A DNA stretch of 64,000 bases from Alphaproteobacteria bacterium (GCA_963422645.2 CAXXVO010000007.1:448001-512000), one strand, 5' to 3'; positions 9,914 to 20,257 are shown, numbered from the stretch's first letter. Numbers and translations: made by a program. Notes: generated by a model not told the origin, from the sequence alone.

Positions 9914-11038
9914 CTAACCTGGGATCAGCACGCTCTGGCCGGTGGTGCGCCTTGCTTCGAGGTCGCGATGGGCGTCTGCTGCATCGGCGAGCGCATAGCG
10001 CCGCTCGACAAGGGGGGCGACCGCCCCGCTCTCCAGCACCTCGAAGAGCGCCCTGGCGCGGGCCTGGAGCGCCGCCGGCGTGTCGTTCTCCTGGAAGAGG
10101 CCTGGGCGCACGACTCTGATGGACTTCGCCGCCGCTGCGGCAAGCGCGCTCTGCGAAGGAGCGCCCGATGAGCTGCCGTAGAGCACCAGCGTGCCGCCGG
10201 GGCGAAGGCAGGCGACCGAGGCCTCGGCGGTATCCCGACCGACGGAATCGTAGACCGCGGCAAGCCCCTCGCCACCGGTGAGCGCCGTGACGCGGGCCGC
10301 AACGTCCTCCCGCCGGTAGTCGATGGCGTGGCGGCAGCCGTGGGCTTCGGCGAGCCTGCGCTTCTCGTCGCTGCCGGCGCAGCCGATGACGGTGGCGCCC
10401 GTATGCGCGAGCCATTGGCAGAGCAGCAGGCCGGTGCCGCCCGCCGCCGCATGGACCAGCACGGCATCGCCCGGCTGCACCGCGCCGCTCTTGTGGACCA
10501 GGTATTCCGCGGTCATGCCCTTGAGCATGGTGGCGGCGGCCTGCTCGAAGCCGATGGCGTCGGGCAGTCTGACCAGCGCATCGGCCGCGATGGTGCGAAG
10601 CCCCGCATAGGCGCCGGGCGGGGCGCTCGCGTAGGCAACGCGGTCGCCCTCCTTGAGCGTCGTCACCGCGCCGCCGACGGCCTCGACCATGCCCGCGCCC
10701 TCGAAGCCGATGACCCAGGGCAGCCCCGGCGAGGGGAAGGTGCCGCGCCGCTGATAGGTGTCGAGGAAGTTGAGGCCGATCGCCCGCTGCGCAATTCGTA
10801 CCTCGGTGGCGCCGGGGTCCGGCACCCAGAGATCCTCGACGCGCAGCACCTCCGGCCCGCCGGCCTCGTGCATCCGCACGGCTTGGGTCTTGACCGGAAG
10901 CCGGGTCCGAGCGCGGTGCTTCTGCCCGTACATCGTGGTGAAGATGCGGGTGAACTGGCGCTCGCGGGTGTGGATCGCGCTGAGGGGCACGGCTTGTGCC
11001 GCTGGGGTTGGAGGCTCGACAGACGTTAGCGTGGTCAT
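9914..11038 (-). CDS. qor: NADPH:quinone oxidoreductase (zeta-crystallin/Qor family); start uncertain
   Basis: GGPEVL, AIGLNFLD, GFEGAG, LKGMTAEYL, HAAAGGTG, YDSVG, RRTTGQSVL. The catalytic domain begins ~10890. Confidence 0.85.
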   Translation of the reverse strand: MTTLTSVEPPTPAAQAVPLSAIHTRERQFTRIFTTMYGQKHRARTRLPVKTQAVRMHEAGGPEVLRVEDLWVPDPGATEVRIAQRAIGLNFLDTYQRRGTFPSPGLPWVIGFEGAGMVEAVGGAVTTLKEGDRVAYASAPPGAYAGLRTIAADALVRLPDAIGFEQAAATMLKGMTAEYLVHKSGAVQPGDAVLVHAAAGGTGLLLCQWLAHTGATVIGCAGSDEKRRLAEAHGCRHAIDYRREDVAARVTALTGGEGLAAVYDSVGRDTAEASVACLRPGGTLVLYGSSSGAPSQSALAAAAAKSIRVVRPGLFQENDTPAALQARARALFEVLESGAVAPLVERRYALADAADAHRDLEARRTTGQSVLIPG

Positions 11039-11063
11039 TGTGCGGCGCGCTCGAGGTGCAGGG

Positions 11064-11858
11064 TCAGATCCGGGGCAGGTCGGCGCCCCCCGTCACGTTG
11101 AGGTTGGCGCCGGTGATGAAGCTGCCGGCATCCGAACACAGCAGGAGCGCGGCACCCGCGAGGTCCTCCGGCAGTCCGGCGCGTCCCATCGGGCTCGCCC
11201 GCTCGATCGTCGCCTGCCACTCGGCTTTGGAGTGCTGCAGAAAACGGTTGCGATCCGTATCGATCAGGCCCGGGGAGAGGTTGTTGATGGTGACCCCCGA
11301 CTTGTCGTATTCGCGGCTCAAATTCACGACCAGGTTGTACTGGGCGCTCTTCAGCCCCGCATAGACCGCGAGCTCGATCATCGGGGCGGACTGCTGCACG
11401 CTGCCGATGGTCAAGACCCGGCCCCAGCCGCGTTCCGCCATCGGGGGCAGCGCGCGCTGGAGGAGCTGGATGGGCATGCGGTAATTCATCCGGCATTGCA
11501 GGTCGATCTGCTCGGCCGTCACCTCGTCGAAGGCGCAGGGGATCTGGATGTTGGCGTTGCTCACAAGGATATCGACGCGCCCCAGCGCCGAGACCGCCCG
11601 GTCGAACGCATCGAATACGGCGCCGTCGACCGAGAGGTCGCCTTCGATCGCGAAGGCTTCGACCCCGTGGGATCTCGCCTCGTCGACCAGGTCTCGCGCA
11701 GCGTCCGGAAAGCCCACCTCGGCATCGAAGGCCGAGGTGTGGTTGATCGCGACGTCGGCGCCCTGCTCGGCCAACGCGAGCGCGATGGCGCGGCCGATTC
11801 CCCGGCTCGCCCCGGTAACGAATGCGGTTCGACCGGAAACATCGAAACGGTCCTTCAA
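11064..11858 (-). CDS. SDR family oxidoreductase
   Basis: TGASRGIG, YAGLK, NNLSPG. TTG start at 11858 preceded by a GAGGAG RBS. Confidence 0.88.
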   Translation of the reverse strand: MKDRFDVSGRTAFVTGASRGIGRAIALALAEQGADVAINHTSAFDAEVGFPDAARDLVDEARSHGVEAFAIEGDLSVDGAVFDAFDRAVSALGRVDILVSNANIQIPCAFDEVTAEQIDLQCRMNYRMPIQLLQRALPPMAERGWGRVLTIGSVQQSAPMIELAVYAGLKSAQYNLVVNLSREYDKSGVTINNLSPGLIDTDRNRFLQHSKAEWQATIERASPMGRAGLPEDLAGAALLLCSDAGSFITGANLNVTGGADLPRI

Positions 11859-12024
11859 GCTCTCCTCCTCTCGGCGGCCCTGAGACAAGCTCCAGTATGC
11901 CACACCGTCCGAGCCATCGACCTACAGCCTGACCACGCTTAGCGTCCCTGGTTCCGCCGCTGCGGAGCCGAAAGCTCGACGGTCGTCGGCGTATTCATCG
12001 GGCGCCGCGCTCGCCCCGGCGTGT

Positions 12025-12477
12025 TCAGGCGGTTTCGGGGAAGCGCTCGCCGCCTTCAGGCGCGCGGCCCGGCAGCCAGGTCTCGTGGACGTGCAGCCAC
12101 GTCACGCCGCAGGGCGTCGCCTCCGCGCGGCGGAAGAGCGCCGTCGAGAGACGCGCCGATTCCGCGCCCTGCCGCCGGTGCCACTCTTCGTAGGTGACCA
12201 GCGCATGATCGCCCACGGCCCAGCGGCAGCGAAAATTCTCGATCCAGATCTCGAATGCGTCGGCGTCGGCGGCGAGCTCTCCGTGCAGCCCTTCGAACTC
12301 GGTGACCAGCGCCTCCCGCCCGGTCACCGTCCCACGCGGGCCGATGACCTCGAGCCCATCGCCCATCACGCCGGAAAAGCGGGCGAAGCTCTCGGCTGTG
12401 CGCGGCACCGCACCGGCCAGCCAATCCCGCAGGAAGGCATGGAACCCCCGCACCTCCCCCTCGCAGTTCTTCTCCAT
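12025..12477 (-). CDS. NTF2/SnoaL-like (DUF4440-type) protein
   Basis: EVRGFHAFLRDWL...LVTYEEW...RLSTALF...WLHVHETW pattern. ATG at 12477. Confidence 0.65.
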   Translation of the reverse strand: MEKNCEGEVRGFHAFLRDWLAGAVPRTAESFARFSGVMGDGLEVIGPRGTVTGREALVTEFEGLHGELAADADAFEIWIENFRCRWAVGDHALVTYEEWHRRQGAESARLSTALFRRAEATPCGVTWLHVHETWLPGRAPEGGERFPETA

Positions 12478-12626
12478 CCTCAGGCCTCCGCTTCGGCAAA
12501 GATCGTAACTGTGCGCCGCAGATGGGGTAGTGTGGGGCAGCGGATATCGCGCGGCAACGGTCCGGCCCGGCCGATCAAGGGAGCGCCGTGGTGCCGGCAC
12601 CGACCGCGCCTATAAGGGAGGCAACC

Positions 12627-14075
12627 ATGTCGACGCTGATCAGGGGCGGCACGGTGGTGACCGCAGACGAGCGCTACCCGGCCGATGTCTATTGCGCGGA
12701 CGGCAAGATTCAGGAGATCGGGACCGGCCTCGACGTGCCCGCGGGCACGGCGACGGTCGATGCCGGAGAGGCGCTGGTCATGCCAGGAGGCATCGACCCC
12801 CACACCCATATGGAAACGCCCTTCATGGATACCGTGACTGGCGATGACTTCTATACCGGCCCCGCCGCCGGGCTCTCGGGCGGCACCACCATGATCATCG
12901 ACTTCGTCATCCCGGCGCCCGACCAGCGGCCGATGGACGCCTACCGCATCTGGCAGCAGCGCGCGGCGAAGGCGCCGTCGGACTATTCCTTCCACGTCGC
13001 GATCACCAACTGGAACGACGAGATTCACGAGGATATGGAGACGCTGACCCGCGATCACGGCGTCAACAGCTTCAAGCACTTCATGGCCTACAAGGGCGAG
13101 GTCATGCTCGACGCGGAGAAGATGATGAACAGCTTCGCGCGGGCGCGGGATCTCGGCGCGCTCTGCACCGTTCACTGCGAGGACGGCCATCTGGTCTGGA
13201 TGATGCAGCAGGAGCTGCTCAAGGCCGGCGTCACCGGGCCGGAGGGCCACCCCCAGTCGCGCCCGCCCGAGGTCGAGGGCGAGGCGACCAACCGCGCGAT
13301 CCGCATCGCCCAGCTGCTCAAGGCGCCGATCTACATCGTCCACGTGACCTGCCGGGAGTCGCTGGAGGCGATCACGCGCGCGCGCCTGGAGGGGCAGCGG
13401 GTCTATGGCGAGTGTCTGGCGCAGCACCTGGTGATCGACGATAGCGTCTATTACGACCCCGACCCGGAGGTCGCCCGCGGCTACGTGATGAGCCCGCCCT
13501 TCCGGCCCAAGGACCATCAGGAGGACCTCTGGCGCGGCCTGCAATCGGGCAACCTGCAGACCACGGCGACCGATCACTGCGCCTACTGCAACTGGCAGAA
13601 GGAGAAGGGCAAGGATGACTTTTCCAGGATCCCGAACGGCACCAGCGGCATCGAGGACCGCATGTCGGTGCTCTGGGACCAGGGCGTCGAGACCGGCCGG
13701 ATCACGGCCAACGAGTACGTCGCGATCACGTCGGCCAACGCCGCGAAGATTTTCAACGTCTATCCGCGCAAGGGGGCGATCAAGGTGGGCGCGGACGCGG
13801 ACATCGTTGTCTGGGACCCCAAGGCCACGCGCACGATCTCGGCCAAGACCCATCTCCAGAACAACGATTTCAATATCTATGAGGGGATGACCGTGACCGG
13901 CGTCGCCCGCGCCACCGTGAGCCGGGGCCGGCACGTGTGGGACGGCTCGGAGATCCGCGCCGACCAGGGCGACGGCGCCTACGTCGAGCGGCCGACCTTC
14001 CCGGCCGTGTTCGACGCCGTGAACACGCTGCGCGCCCGCCACCCCTTCCGCAGCGTCGATCGCCCGGCCGGCTAG
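12627..14075 (+). CDS. hydA: Dihydropyrimidinase / D-hydantoinase
   Basis: LIRGGTVV, PGGIDPHTH, GVNSFKHFMAYK (carbamylated Lys), VHCEDG, YVMSPPFR, TATDHC, GADADIVVWDP. RBS GGGAGG. Confidence 0.93.
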   Translation: MSTLIRGGTVVTADERYPADVYCADGKIQEIGTGLDVPAGTATVDAGEALVMPGGIDPHTHMETPFMDTVTGDDFYTGPAAGLSGGTTMIIDFVIPAPDQRPMDAYRIWQQRAAKAPSDYSFHVAITNWNDEIHEDMETLTRDHGVNSFKHFMAYKGEVMLDAEKMMNSFARARDLGALCTVHCEDGHLVWMMQQELLKAGVTGPEGHPQSRPPEVEGEATNRAIRIAQLLKAPIYIVHVTCRESLEAITRARLEGQRVYGECLAQHLVIDDSVYYDPDPEVARGYVMSPPFRPKDHQEDLWRGLQSGNLQTTATDHCAYCNWQKEKGKDDFSRIPNGTSGIEDRMSVLWDQGVETGRITANEYVAITSANAAKIFNVYPRKGAIKVGADADIVVWDPKATRTISAKTHLQNNDFNIYEGMTVTGVARATVSRGRHVWDGSEIRADQGDGAYVERPTFPAVFDAVNTLRARHPFRSVDRPAG

Positions 14076-14198
14076 AGCGCGTCCGTCTTTGACCGACGCG
14101 CGACAGGCCGCGACCGCGGCCCGCCGCGAATGCGGCGCCCTCGCGGAGGCGCCGGCCACAGGCCGGCTGCCGTGAGCGACAAATTGCTGGAGCCCTTC

Positions 14199-15503
14199 TT
14201 AGACGGCTGCGCTCCAGCTCCGTTCGCAGACGATCTCCGGGTCCTCCCTGAACACCTTGAGCGGCGAGCAGGGCGGCGGGACCGAGATCGCCTGAATCAC
14301 GGTCAGGGGCTCGCGCAGGTAGTCGCCGAGCGCGCAGTCTTCGGCGCTCCGCTCCGGGGTTTCGATATGCGTGCCCAGGCGGCGGCCGAAGCGGACCAGG
14401 GCGCGGCCGTAGCGGGTCCGCTCCTCGTCGTAGGCCGAAAGCGCGCTCCCGAGATCGCCAGGATGGGCCTCGATGGCCCGGGTGAGGCAGTTCGCATCGC
14501 CGGTCGCCTTGACCACGCCCATGCCGGTGTGGGGCCTGGCGGAGAACGCCGAATCGCCCAGCATGGCGACGCGCCCCTGCACCATCCGGGGCACCTCCAG
14601 GTCCACGATGGTCTGGAAGAAGAGCCCTTCCGCCAGGCTCATCGGCTCCGCGAGCGAAGGCGGCAGGCGCTCGGCCGCCGTTCGATGGACCTCATCGATG
14701 AACGAAGGGAGGATAAGGTGCGGCGCGATCCCCCCCTCGTGATAGTGGCCGGTGGCGTCGGTCTGCATCCGCCGCAGCTTCTCGGCCGGGGTCAGCGTGT
14801 ACCAGACGATGTTGAAGCGGCGCTTGCCGGGGCTCAGCTCGCCCTCCGGGCCCGCCACCGGGTAGGCGACCACGTGCTCGCCGGGCGGCAGGTAGACGAT
14901 GAAATGCGACATCAGCATGTCGCGCCACTCGGCCGAGAGCCGGTTCTCGTCGACGATGCCGCGCCAGGCGACATAGCCCGCGTACTGCGGCGCCGCATCC
15001 GGCCAGACCTGGGGGCGAACTGTGGAGCGCACGCCGTCGGCGCCGATCAGAAGATCGGCCTCGATGCTGGTGCCGTCGGCGAAGTGCGCAAGCACGCCCT
15101 CGCCGTGGGGCTCGAAGCCTGTAAAGTTGGCGCCAGAGATGTAGCGCTCGCCGGGAAAGTTGCTGCGCAGCAGGCCGAATAGATGCCCCCAGGACGCCTG
15201 GATCTGCGGCAGGCGGTAGCGCGCGAGAATGCTGCCGTCGGCGCCGAGGGTGATGCGCTCCTCGAGCCTCACGCCATAGGCCTCGTCGATGGACAGCCCC
15301 AGGCTCTCGAGCGCGGCGTGAAGCTCCGGGTGGGTCGCGATGCCGACGCCCCGCTCGGCAAGCTCGGTGCCGATCCGCTCGTGCACCGTCACGTCGCAGC
15401 CGGCGCGGTAGAGCATGTTGCCGGCGAGCAAGCCGCCCATCGACCCGCCGACGACAACCACGCGGGGGCTTCGGGCACCTTGCCCGACAGAACCCTTTGT
15501 CAT
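14199..15503 (-). CDS. FAD-dependent monooxygenase (2,6-dihydroxypyridine 3-hydroxylase-like class A flavoprotein)
   Basis: VVVGGSMGGL, DLLIGADGVRSTVR, YAGYVAWRG, LGDSAFSARPHTGMGVVKA. Confidence 0.85.
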   Translation of the reverse strand: MTKGSVGQGARSPRVVVVGGSMGGLLAGNMLYRAGCDVTVHERIGTELAERGVGIATHPELHAALESLGLSIDEAYGVRLEERITLGADGSILARYRLPQIQASWGHLFGLLRSNFPGERYISGANFTGFEPHGEGVLAHFADGTSIEADLLIGADGVRSTVRPQVWPDAAPQYAGYVAWRGIVDENRLSAEWRDMLMSHFIVYLPPGEHVVAYPVAGPEGELSPGKRRFNIVWYTLTPAEKLRRMQTDATGHYHEGGIAPHLILPSFIDEVHRTAAERLPPSLAEPMSLAEGLFFQTIVDLEVPRMVQGRVAMLGDSAFSARPHTGMGVVKATGDANCLTRAIEAHPGDLGSALSAYDEERTRYGRALVRFGRRLGTHIETPERSAEDCALGDYLREPLTVIQAISVPPPCSPLKVFREDPEIVCERSWSAAV

Positions 15504-15774
15504 GGAAACTGACTCCGTTCCAAGCGTTACTTACCGCTCGGGCGGGCGGCCCCGAAGCCGGCCCGCCGCGAACGAATTTCCGGGCACAAGCCTACGCCAT
15601 GCGCGCGCCGCTCGCCATTCGGCAGCGTGCGTGCCGGCTCTCTTGCGCCACACTTTTCCTTCACACGCCTCGCGGTATACCCTCTCCGCGATTGCCCACC
15701 GGGGCGTCGATTACAGGGGTCTGGGCGCCGGCCTGGTCCCAAAGCGTGTCGCGAGCGAGAGGGAGTGGGGGCTT

Positions 15775-16086
15775 ATGCATCTCACTGTGCGGGAAGAAGA
15801 ACGGATACAGATTTGGGCCGCGGCGGAGATGGCCAGGCGGCGTCTCGATCGGGGCGTCAAGCTGAACTACCCCGAGGCGATCGCTCTGATCTGCGACGAG
15901 ATTCTCGAGCGGGCGCGCGAGGGCAGCATCCCGATGCTGACCGACATGATGGAATACGGCGCCACCATCCTGAAGCGGGACGACGTGATGACCGGCGTGC
16001 CCGAGATGATGAAGATCGTCCAGGTCGAGGCCATGTTCCCGGACGGGACGAAGCTCGTCACGGTGATGAACCCGATCCGCGAGTAG
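15775..16086 (+). CDS. ureA: Urease subunit gamma
   Basis: MHLTVREEER...RGVKLNYPEAIALI...QVEAMFPDGTKLVTV; ATG at 15775. Confidence 0.95.
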   Translation: MHLTVREEERIQIWAAAEMARRRLDRGVKLNYPEAIALICDEILERAREGSIPMLTDMMEYGATILKRDDVMTGVPEMMKIVQVEAMFPDGTKLVTVMNPIRE

Positions 16087-16111
16087 CGCGGGCCAAGCGT
16101 GGAGAAGAGCC

Positions 16112-16621
16112 ATGGCTGAGAGAAAATGGAGCCCGCCGCCTATCCCGGAATCGATCGTGCCGGACGAGGCGTTCGAGGTGGGCGAGCCGGAGAAGTGCGG
16201 CGCCATCGACTTCGCCGACGACGACATCGAGATCAATGCCGGTCGCCCCGCGATAGAGGTCGTCATGGTCAACACCGGCGACCGCCCGATCCAGATCGGC
16301 GCCCACTACCACCTCGCCGAGTGCAACAGGGCGATGGCCTTCGACCGGGCGGCCGCCTTCGGCATGCGCCTCGACGTGCCGAGCGGCAGCGCCGTGCGCT
16401 TCGAGCCCGGCCAGAGCCGCAAGGTGCAGATCACCGGCTACGTCGGCCGCCAGGTCGCCTACGGCATGAACAACATGACCAACGGCTCGGTCCGCTCCGG
16501 CATCATCAAGGAGCAGACCATGCGTCGCCTCAGGGCCGAGGGCTATTGCTTCGAGGGCGAGCGTTTTCCGGTGCAAACGCCGCCCGACGAGAAGTTCGGC
16601 GGCGGCAAGGACGGCGACTGA
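16112..16621 (+). CDS. ureB: Urease subunit beta with terminal extensions
   Basis: IEINAGR, NTGDRPIQIGAHYH, GMRLDVPSGSAVRFEPG. Confidence 0.95.
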   Translation: MAERKWSPPPIPESIVPDEAFEVGEPEKCGAIDFADDDIEINAGRPAIEVVMVNTGDRPIQIGAHYHLAECNRAMAFDRAAAFGMRLDVPSGSAVRFEPGQSRKVQITGYVGRQVAYGMNNMTNGSVRSGIIKEQTMRRLRAEGYCFEGERFPVQTPPDEKFGGGKDGD

Positions 16622-16678
16622 GGTTGGCAGCGCCGGCCTGAGAAGGCGCCGGCCGCGCCAGGAGTGGGGAAGCAAAGC

Positions 16679-18385
16679 ATGAGCATGAAGATCGCCCGCC
16701 CGGACTACGCCGCGCAGTACGGGCCGACCACCGGAGACAAGATCCACCTCGCCGACACCGGCCTCGTGGCCGAGATCGAGCACGACTACACCACCTATGG
16801 CGACGAGTTGGTTTTCGGCGGCGGCAAGACCATCCGCGACGGCATGGGCCAGGCGTCGAAGTGGAAGCAGAGCGACGGCGGGCTCGACATGGTGATCACG
16901 AACGCCGTGATCATCGACCCCGTCCTCGGCGTCGTGAAGGGCGACATCGGGGTGCTGGACGGCGAGATCGTCGGCGTCGGCAAGGCCGGCAACCCCGACA
17001 CCATGAACATCACGCCGGGGCTCATCGTCTCGCCCAACACCGACATCCTCTCGGTGGAGGGGATGATCTGCACGCCGGGCTTCGTCGACATCCATCCCCA
17101 CTTCGATTCCGTGCAACAGCTCTACGAGTATCAGAACGCGGGCTTCACCACGGTGATCGGCGGCGGCTCGGGACCGAAGACGGTGGGCATCGAGTGCCCC
17201 GGCGTCTTCAACATCCAGCGCATGCTGGAGGCGATGGCGGACATCCCGCTCAACTTCGGCAACTTCGGCAAGGGCAACGCGGCGACGCCGGGCTCGCTGG
17301 TGGAGCAGATCCTCGCTGGCGCCACGGGGCTGAAGATCCACGAGGACTGGTCGTCCTCGCCCGCCGCCATCGAGACCACGATGGAGCTTGCGGACGAGTA
17401 CGACTTCCAGGTCCAGATCCACGCCGACACGCTGAACGAGACCGGCTACTACGAGGACACCATCGCCGCGATCAACGGCCGCGTCATGCACATCTACCAC
17501 TGCGAGGGCGCCGGCGGCGGCAACGCGCCCGACATGATGCGAGTCTGCGGCGAGCCGAACCTGCTGCCAAGCTCGACCAACCCGACCAACCCCTTCTCGA
17601 TCAACACGTACGACGAAGAGATCGACATGTTGATCACCTGCCACAACCTGAACAAGAGCGTGCCGACGGACATCGCCTTCATCCAGGGCCGCGCACGCGC
17701 GGAGACCATGCGGGCCGAGGACGTGCTGCACGACATGGGCGCGATCAGCATGATCGGCTCCGACAGCCAGGGCGTGGGCCGCGCGGCGGAGAGCGCGCAG
17801 CGCTCCTTCCAGCTCGCGGCGGTCAACAAGGTGCGCTTCGGGCGGCTCTCGGAGGACGGTTCGGGCAACGACAACTTCAGGATCAAGCGCTATCTCGCCA
17901 AGGTCACGATCAACCCCTCGATCTGCTTCGGCGTCGACTCTTACGTGGGCTCGATCACGCCGGGCAAGCTCGCGGACCTGGTGTTCTGGCGGCCCGAGTT
18001 CTTCATCGCCAAGCCCGAGGTGACGCTGAAGGGCGGCTTCATCTCGCACGCGGTGATGGGCGACCCGGCGGGCTCGCTGATGACCGGCCAGCCGCTCAAG
18101 TACCGCCCGCAGTACGGCTCCCTCGGCGTCAACCCGAAGCGGACCTGCTACTCCTTCGTGACCAAGGCGGCGCTCGACAACGGCCTCGCGGACCAGATCG
18201 AGACCCAGAGGCTGGTGCCGGTGAAGCGCTGCCGCACGATCTCCAAGCGCGACATGATCCACAACGACGCGCTGCCGGATATCGAGATCGACCCAGAGAC
18301 CTACAACGTCTACGTCGATGGCGAGCGCGTCACGGTGAAGCCGGCAAAGACCCTGCCGCTGACCCAGCTCTTCTACTTCCGCTAG
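16679..18385 (+). CDS. ureC: Urease subunit alpha, divergent active-site pocket
   Basis: YGPTTGDKIHLADT, FGGGKTIRDGMGQ, DIHPH, GLKIHEDW, IHADTLNE, HIYHCEGAGGG, LPSSTNPT, CHNL, SDSQ, terminal LPLTQLFYF. Confidence 0.95.
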   Translation: MSMKIARPDYAAQYGPTTGDKIHLADTGLVAEIEHDYTTYGDELVFGGGKTIRDGMGQASKWKQSDGGLDMVITNAVIIDPVLGVVKGDIGVLDGEIVGVGKAGNPDTMNITPGLIVSPNTDILSVEGMICTPGFVDIHPHFDSVQQLYEYQNAGFTTVIGGGSGPKTVGIECPGVFNIQRMLEAMADIPLNFGNFGKGNAATPGSLVEQILAGATGLKIHEDWSSSPAAIETTMELADEYDFQVQIHADTLNETGYYEDTIAAINGRVMHIYHCEGAGGGNAPDMMRVCGEPNLLPSSTNPTNPFSINTYDEEIDMLITCHNLNKSVPTDIAFIQGRARAETMRAEDVLHDMGAISMIGSDSQGVGRAAESAQRSFQLAAVNKVRFGRLSEDGSGNDNFRIKRYLAKVTINPSICFGVDSYVGSITPGKLADLVFWRPEFFIAKPEVTLKGGFISHAVMGDPAGSLMTGQPLKYRPQYGSLGVNPKRTCYSFVTKAALDNGLADQIETQRLVPVKRCRTISKRDMIHNDALPDIEIDPETYNVYVDGERVTVKPAKTLPLTQLFYFR

Positions 18386-18410
18386 GCGGCCGGCTCGGGC
18401 CGCGACGCGC

Positions 18411-18887
18411 ATGGCGGTCGTCACCGCGGTCCTCGGCACCGTCGAATCCCTGCGCGGCCGCTTCGAGAACGAGGACCCGGTCCTGCTCAACTCGGAGGAG
18501 CGCGCGAGCGCCCACCTCGTGGGCCGCTCAGAAGGCGGGCGCAACGTTCGCATCTCGCTGCCGCGCGGCACCGAGATCAACGACGGCGACGTGCTCACGC
18601 TGGAGGGAACCACGGCCGTGGTGGCGCGCGCGGCGCCGGAGGCGCTCTACGTGGTCAGCCCCGACGACGCCTACACCTGGGGCGTCGCCGGCTACCAGCT
18701 CGGCAATCTGCACCGGCCCGTGCGCTTCACGGACGATGGCATGCTGACGCCGGCCGACCCCATGGTGGCCGATCTTCTCACGCGCCTCGGCATCGCCTTC
18801 GAGGAGCGGACCATGCCCTTCGTCGGCCGCCGCTACGGTGCCCACGGCGCGCACCATCATCTCCACGACCACCACCATGACCACTGA
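18411..18887 (+). CDS. ureE: Urease accessory protein UreE (Ni chaperone)
   Basis: GYQLGNLHRP motif and a His-rich C-terminus. Confidence 0.92.
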   Translation: MAVVTAVLGTVESLRGRFENEDPVLLNSEERASAHLVGRSEGGRNVRISLPRGTEINDGDVLTLEGTTAVVARAAPEALYVVSPDDAYTWGVAGYQLGNLHRPVRFTDDGMLTPADPMVADLLTRLGIAFEERTMPFVGRRYGAHGAHHHLHDHHHDH

Positions 18888-19575
18888 CGCGCCCGACCGT
18901 CTCCTTTACCTGCTGCAGGTGGCGAACGCCTCGTTCCCGACCGGCGCGTTCAATCACTCCTACGGCTTCGAGACCTGGATCGACTCAGGCGCACTCGACA
19001 ACGCCGCAAGCTTCGAGAGCGCCTGCCGGGACTGGCTCCGCTACGCCGCCGTGCCGACGGACGGGGCCGCCGTCGCCCTCGCCCACCGACACGCCGCCGC
19101 CGGCGATCTCGACGGGCTCGTGGACCTCGACCACATCGTCTGCGCGCTCAAGCTCAGCCGTGAGGCGCGCGAGGCGTCGTTCAAGACCGGCCGCGCGCTG
19201 CTCGGCGCCTACCGCGACATCTTCTCGGCCGATTCCCTCGCTCCCTTCGCCGAGGCGACGCGCGACGGGCGCTGCGAGGGGCATCAGGCGGTCATCTTCG
19301 GCGCGGCGGCTGAGGCGCAGGGTATCGGCGTGGAAGACGCGGTGCTTGCCTTCCTTCACGCGGCGCTCTCCAACCTGGTCAGCGTCGGCGCGCGGCTGAT
19401 CCCCCTCGGCCAAATCGAGAGCCAGCGCATCGTGCGGGAGGCTTGGCCGCTGCTGACCCGAGGGGCCGACCAGGCCTGCGCCATGGAGATCGACACGCTC
19501 GGCAGCGCCACCGCCGGCCTCGATGTCGCCAGCATGCGGCACGAGCGCCTGCACACGCGGCTCTGCATGTCATGA
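18877..19575 (+). CDS. ureF: Urease accessory protein UreF
   Basis: [20 protein letters not shown], terminal [11 protein letters not shown]; overlaps the ureE end. Confidence 0.93.
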   Translation: MTTDAPDRLLYLLQVANASFPTGAFNHSYGFETWIDSGALDNAASFESACRDWLRYAAVPTDGAAVALAHRHAAAGDLDGLVDLDHIVCALKLSREAREASFKTGRALLGAYRDIFSADSLAPFAEATRDGRCEGHQAVIFGAAAEAQGIGVEDAVLAFLHAALSNLVSVGARLIPLGQIESQRIVREAWPLLTRGADQACAMEIDTLGSATAGLDVASMRHERLHTRLCMS

Positions 19576-19612
19576 TAGGTTAGCCACGGAACAGCCGGGG
19601 AGGTCTTGGGGT

Positions 19613-20257
19613 ATGCGCAAGCCGGTCAGGATCGGCATCGGCGGGCCGGTGGGCTCGGGCAAGACGGCGCTGCTGGTGTCGCTCTGCCGCAGCATGGGCG
19701 GGCACCATTCGCTGGCCGCCATCACCAACGACATCTACACCAAGGAAGACGCCGAGTTCGTCGTCAAGTCCGGCGCCATCGCGCCCGAGCGCGTGGCCGG
19801 CGTCGAGACCGGCGGCTGCCCCCACACCGCGATCCGCGAGGATGTCTCGATGAACGCCCACGCCATCGAGGAGATGGCGGCGCTGCATCCCGACCTCGAC
19901 ATCGTCTTCGTCGAGAGCGGCGGCGACAATCTCGCGGCGACCTTCAGCCCCGAGCTGGTGGACAGCTACATTTACGTGATCGACGTGGCGGAGGGCGACA
20001 AGATCCCGCGCAAGGGCGGCCCCGGCATCACCAAGTCGCCGCTGCTGGTCATCAACAAGATCGACCTCGCGCCCTTCGTCGGTGCCGACCTGGGGGTGAT
20101 GGAGCGCGATTCCAAGAAGATGCGGGGCGCGCGGCCCTTCCTCTTCACCAACCTGCGCGCCGGCGACGGCCTTGCCGAGGTGATCGCCTGGATCGAGCGC
20201 GACGTTCTCCTGATGGATGGGCATGACGGAGCCGAGCAGCGCGCCCATTCAGCCTGA
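19613..20257 (+). CDS. ureG: Urease accessory GTPase UreG
   Basis: [33 protein letters not shown]. Confidence 0.97.
   Translation: MRKPVRIGIGGPVGSGKTALLVSLCRSMGGHHSLAAITNDIYTKEDAEFVVKSGAIAPERVAGVETGGCPHTAIREDVSMNAHAIEEMAALHPDLDIVFVESGGDNLAATFSPELVDSYIYVIDVAEGDKIPRKGGPGITKSPLLVINKIDLAPFVGADLGVMERDSKKMRGARPFLFTNLRAGDGLAEVIAWIERDVLLMDGHDGAEQRAHSA

Noticed and set aside
15504-15774. Sigma54/NtrC nitrogen-regulated promoter upstream of ureA
   Set aside because: No convincing TGGCAC-N5-TTGC element was found by eye.
17638-17650. CHNL flap motif as evidence of a novel urease
   Set aside because: CHNL also occurs in bona fide Yersinia-type ureases, so only the other substitutions were counted.
16058-18613. 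851-aa minus-strand ORF, and similar long ORFs at 12480-14159, 24593-26275, 33414-35099 and 56237-58015
   Set aside because: Antisense shadows of well-supported genes. High GC and codon bias suppress stops, and they show no recognisable motifs.
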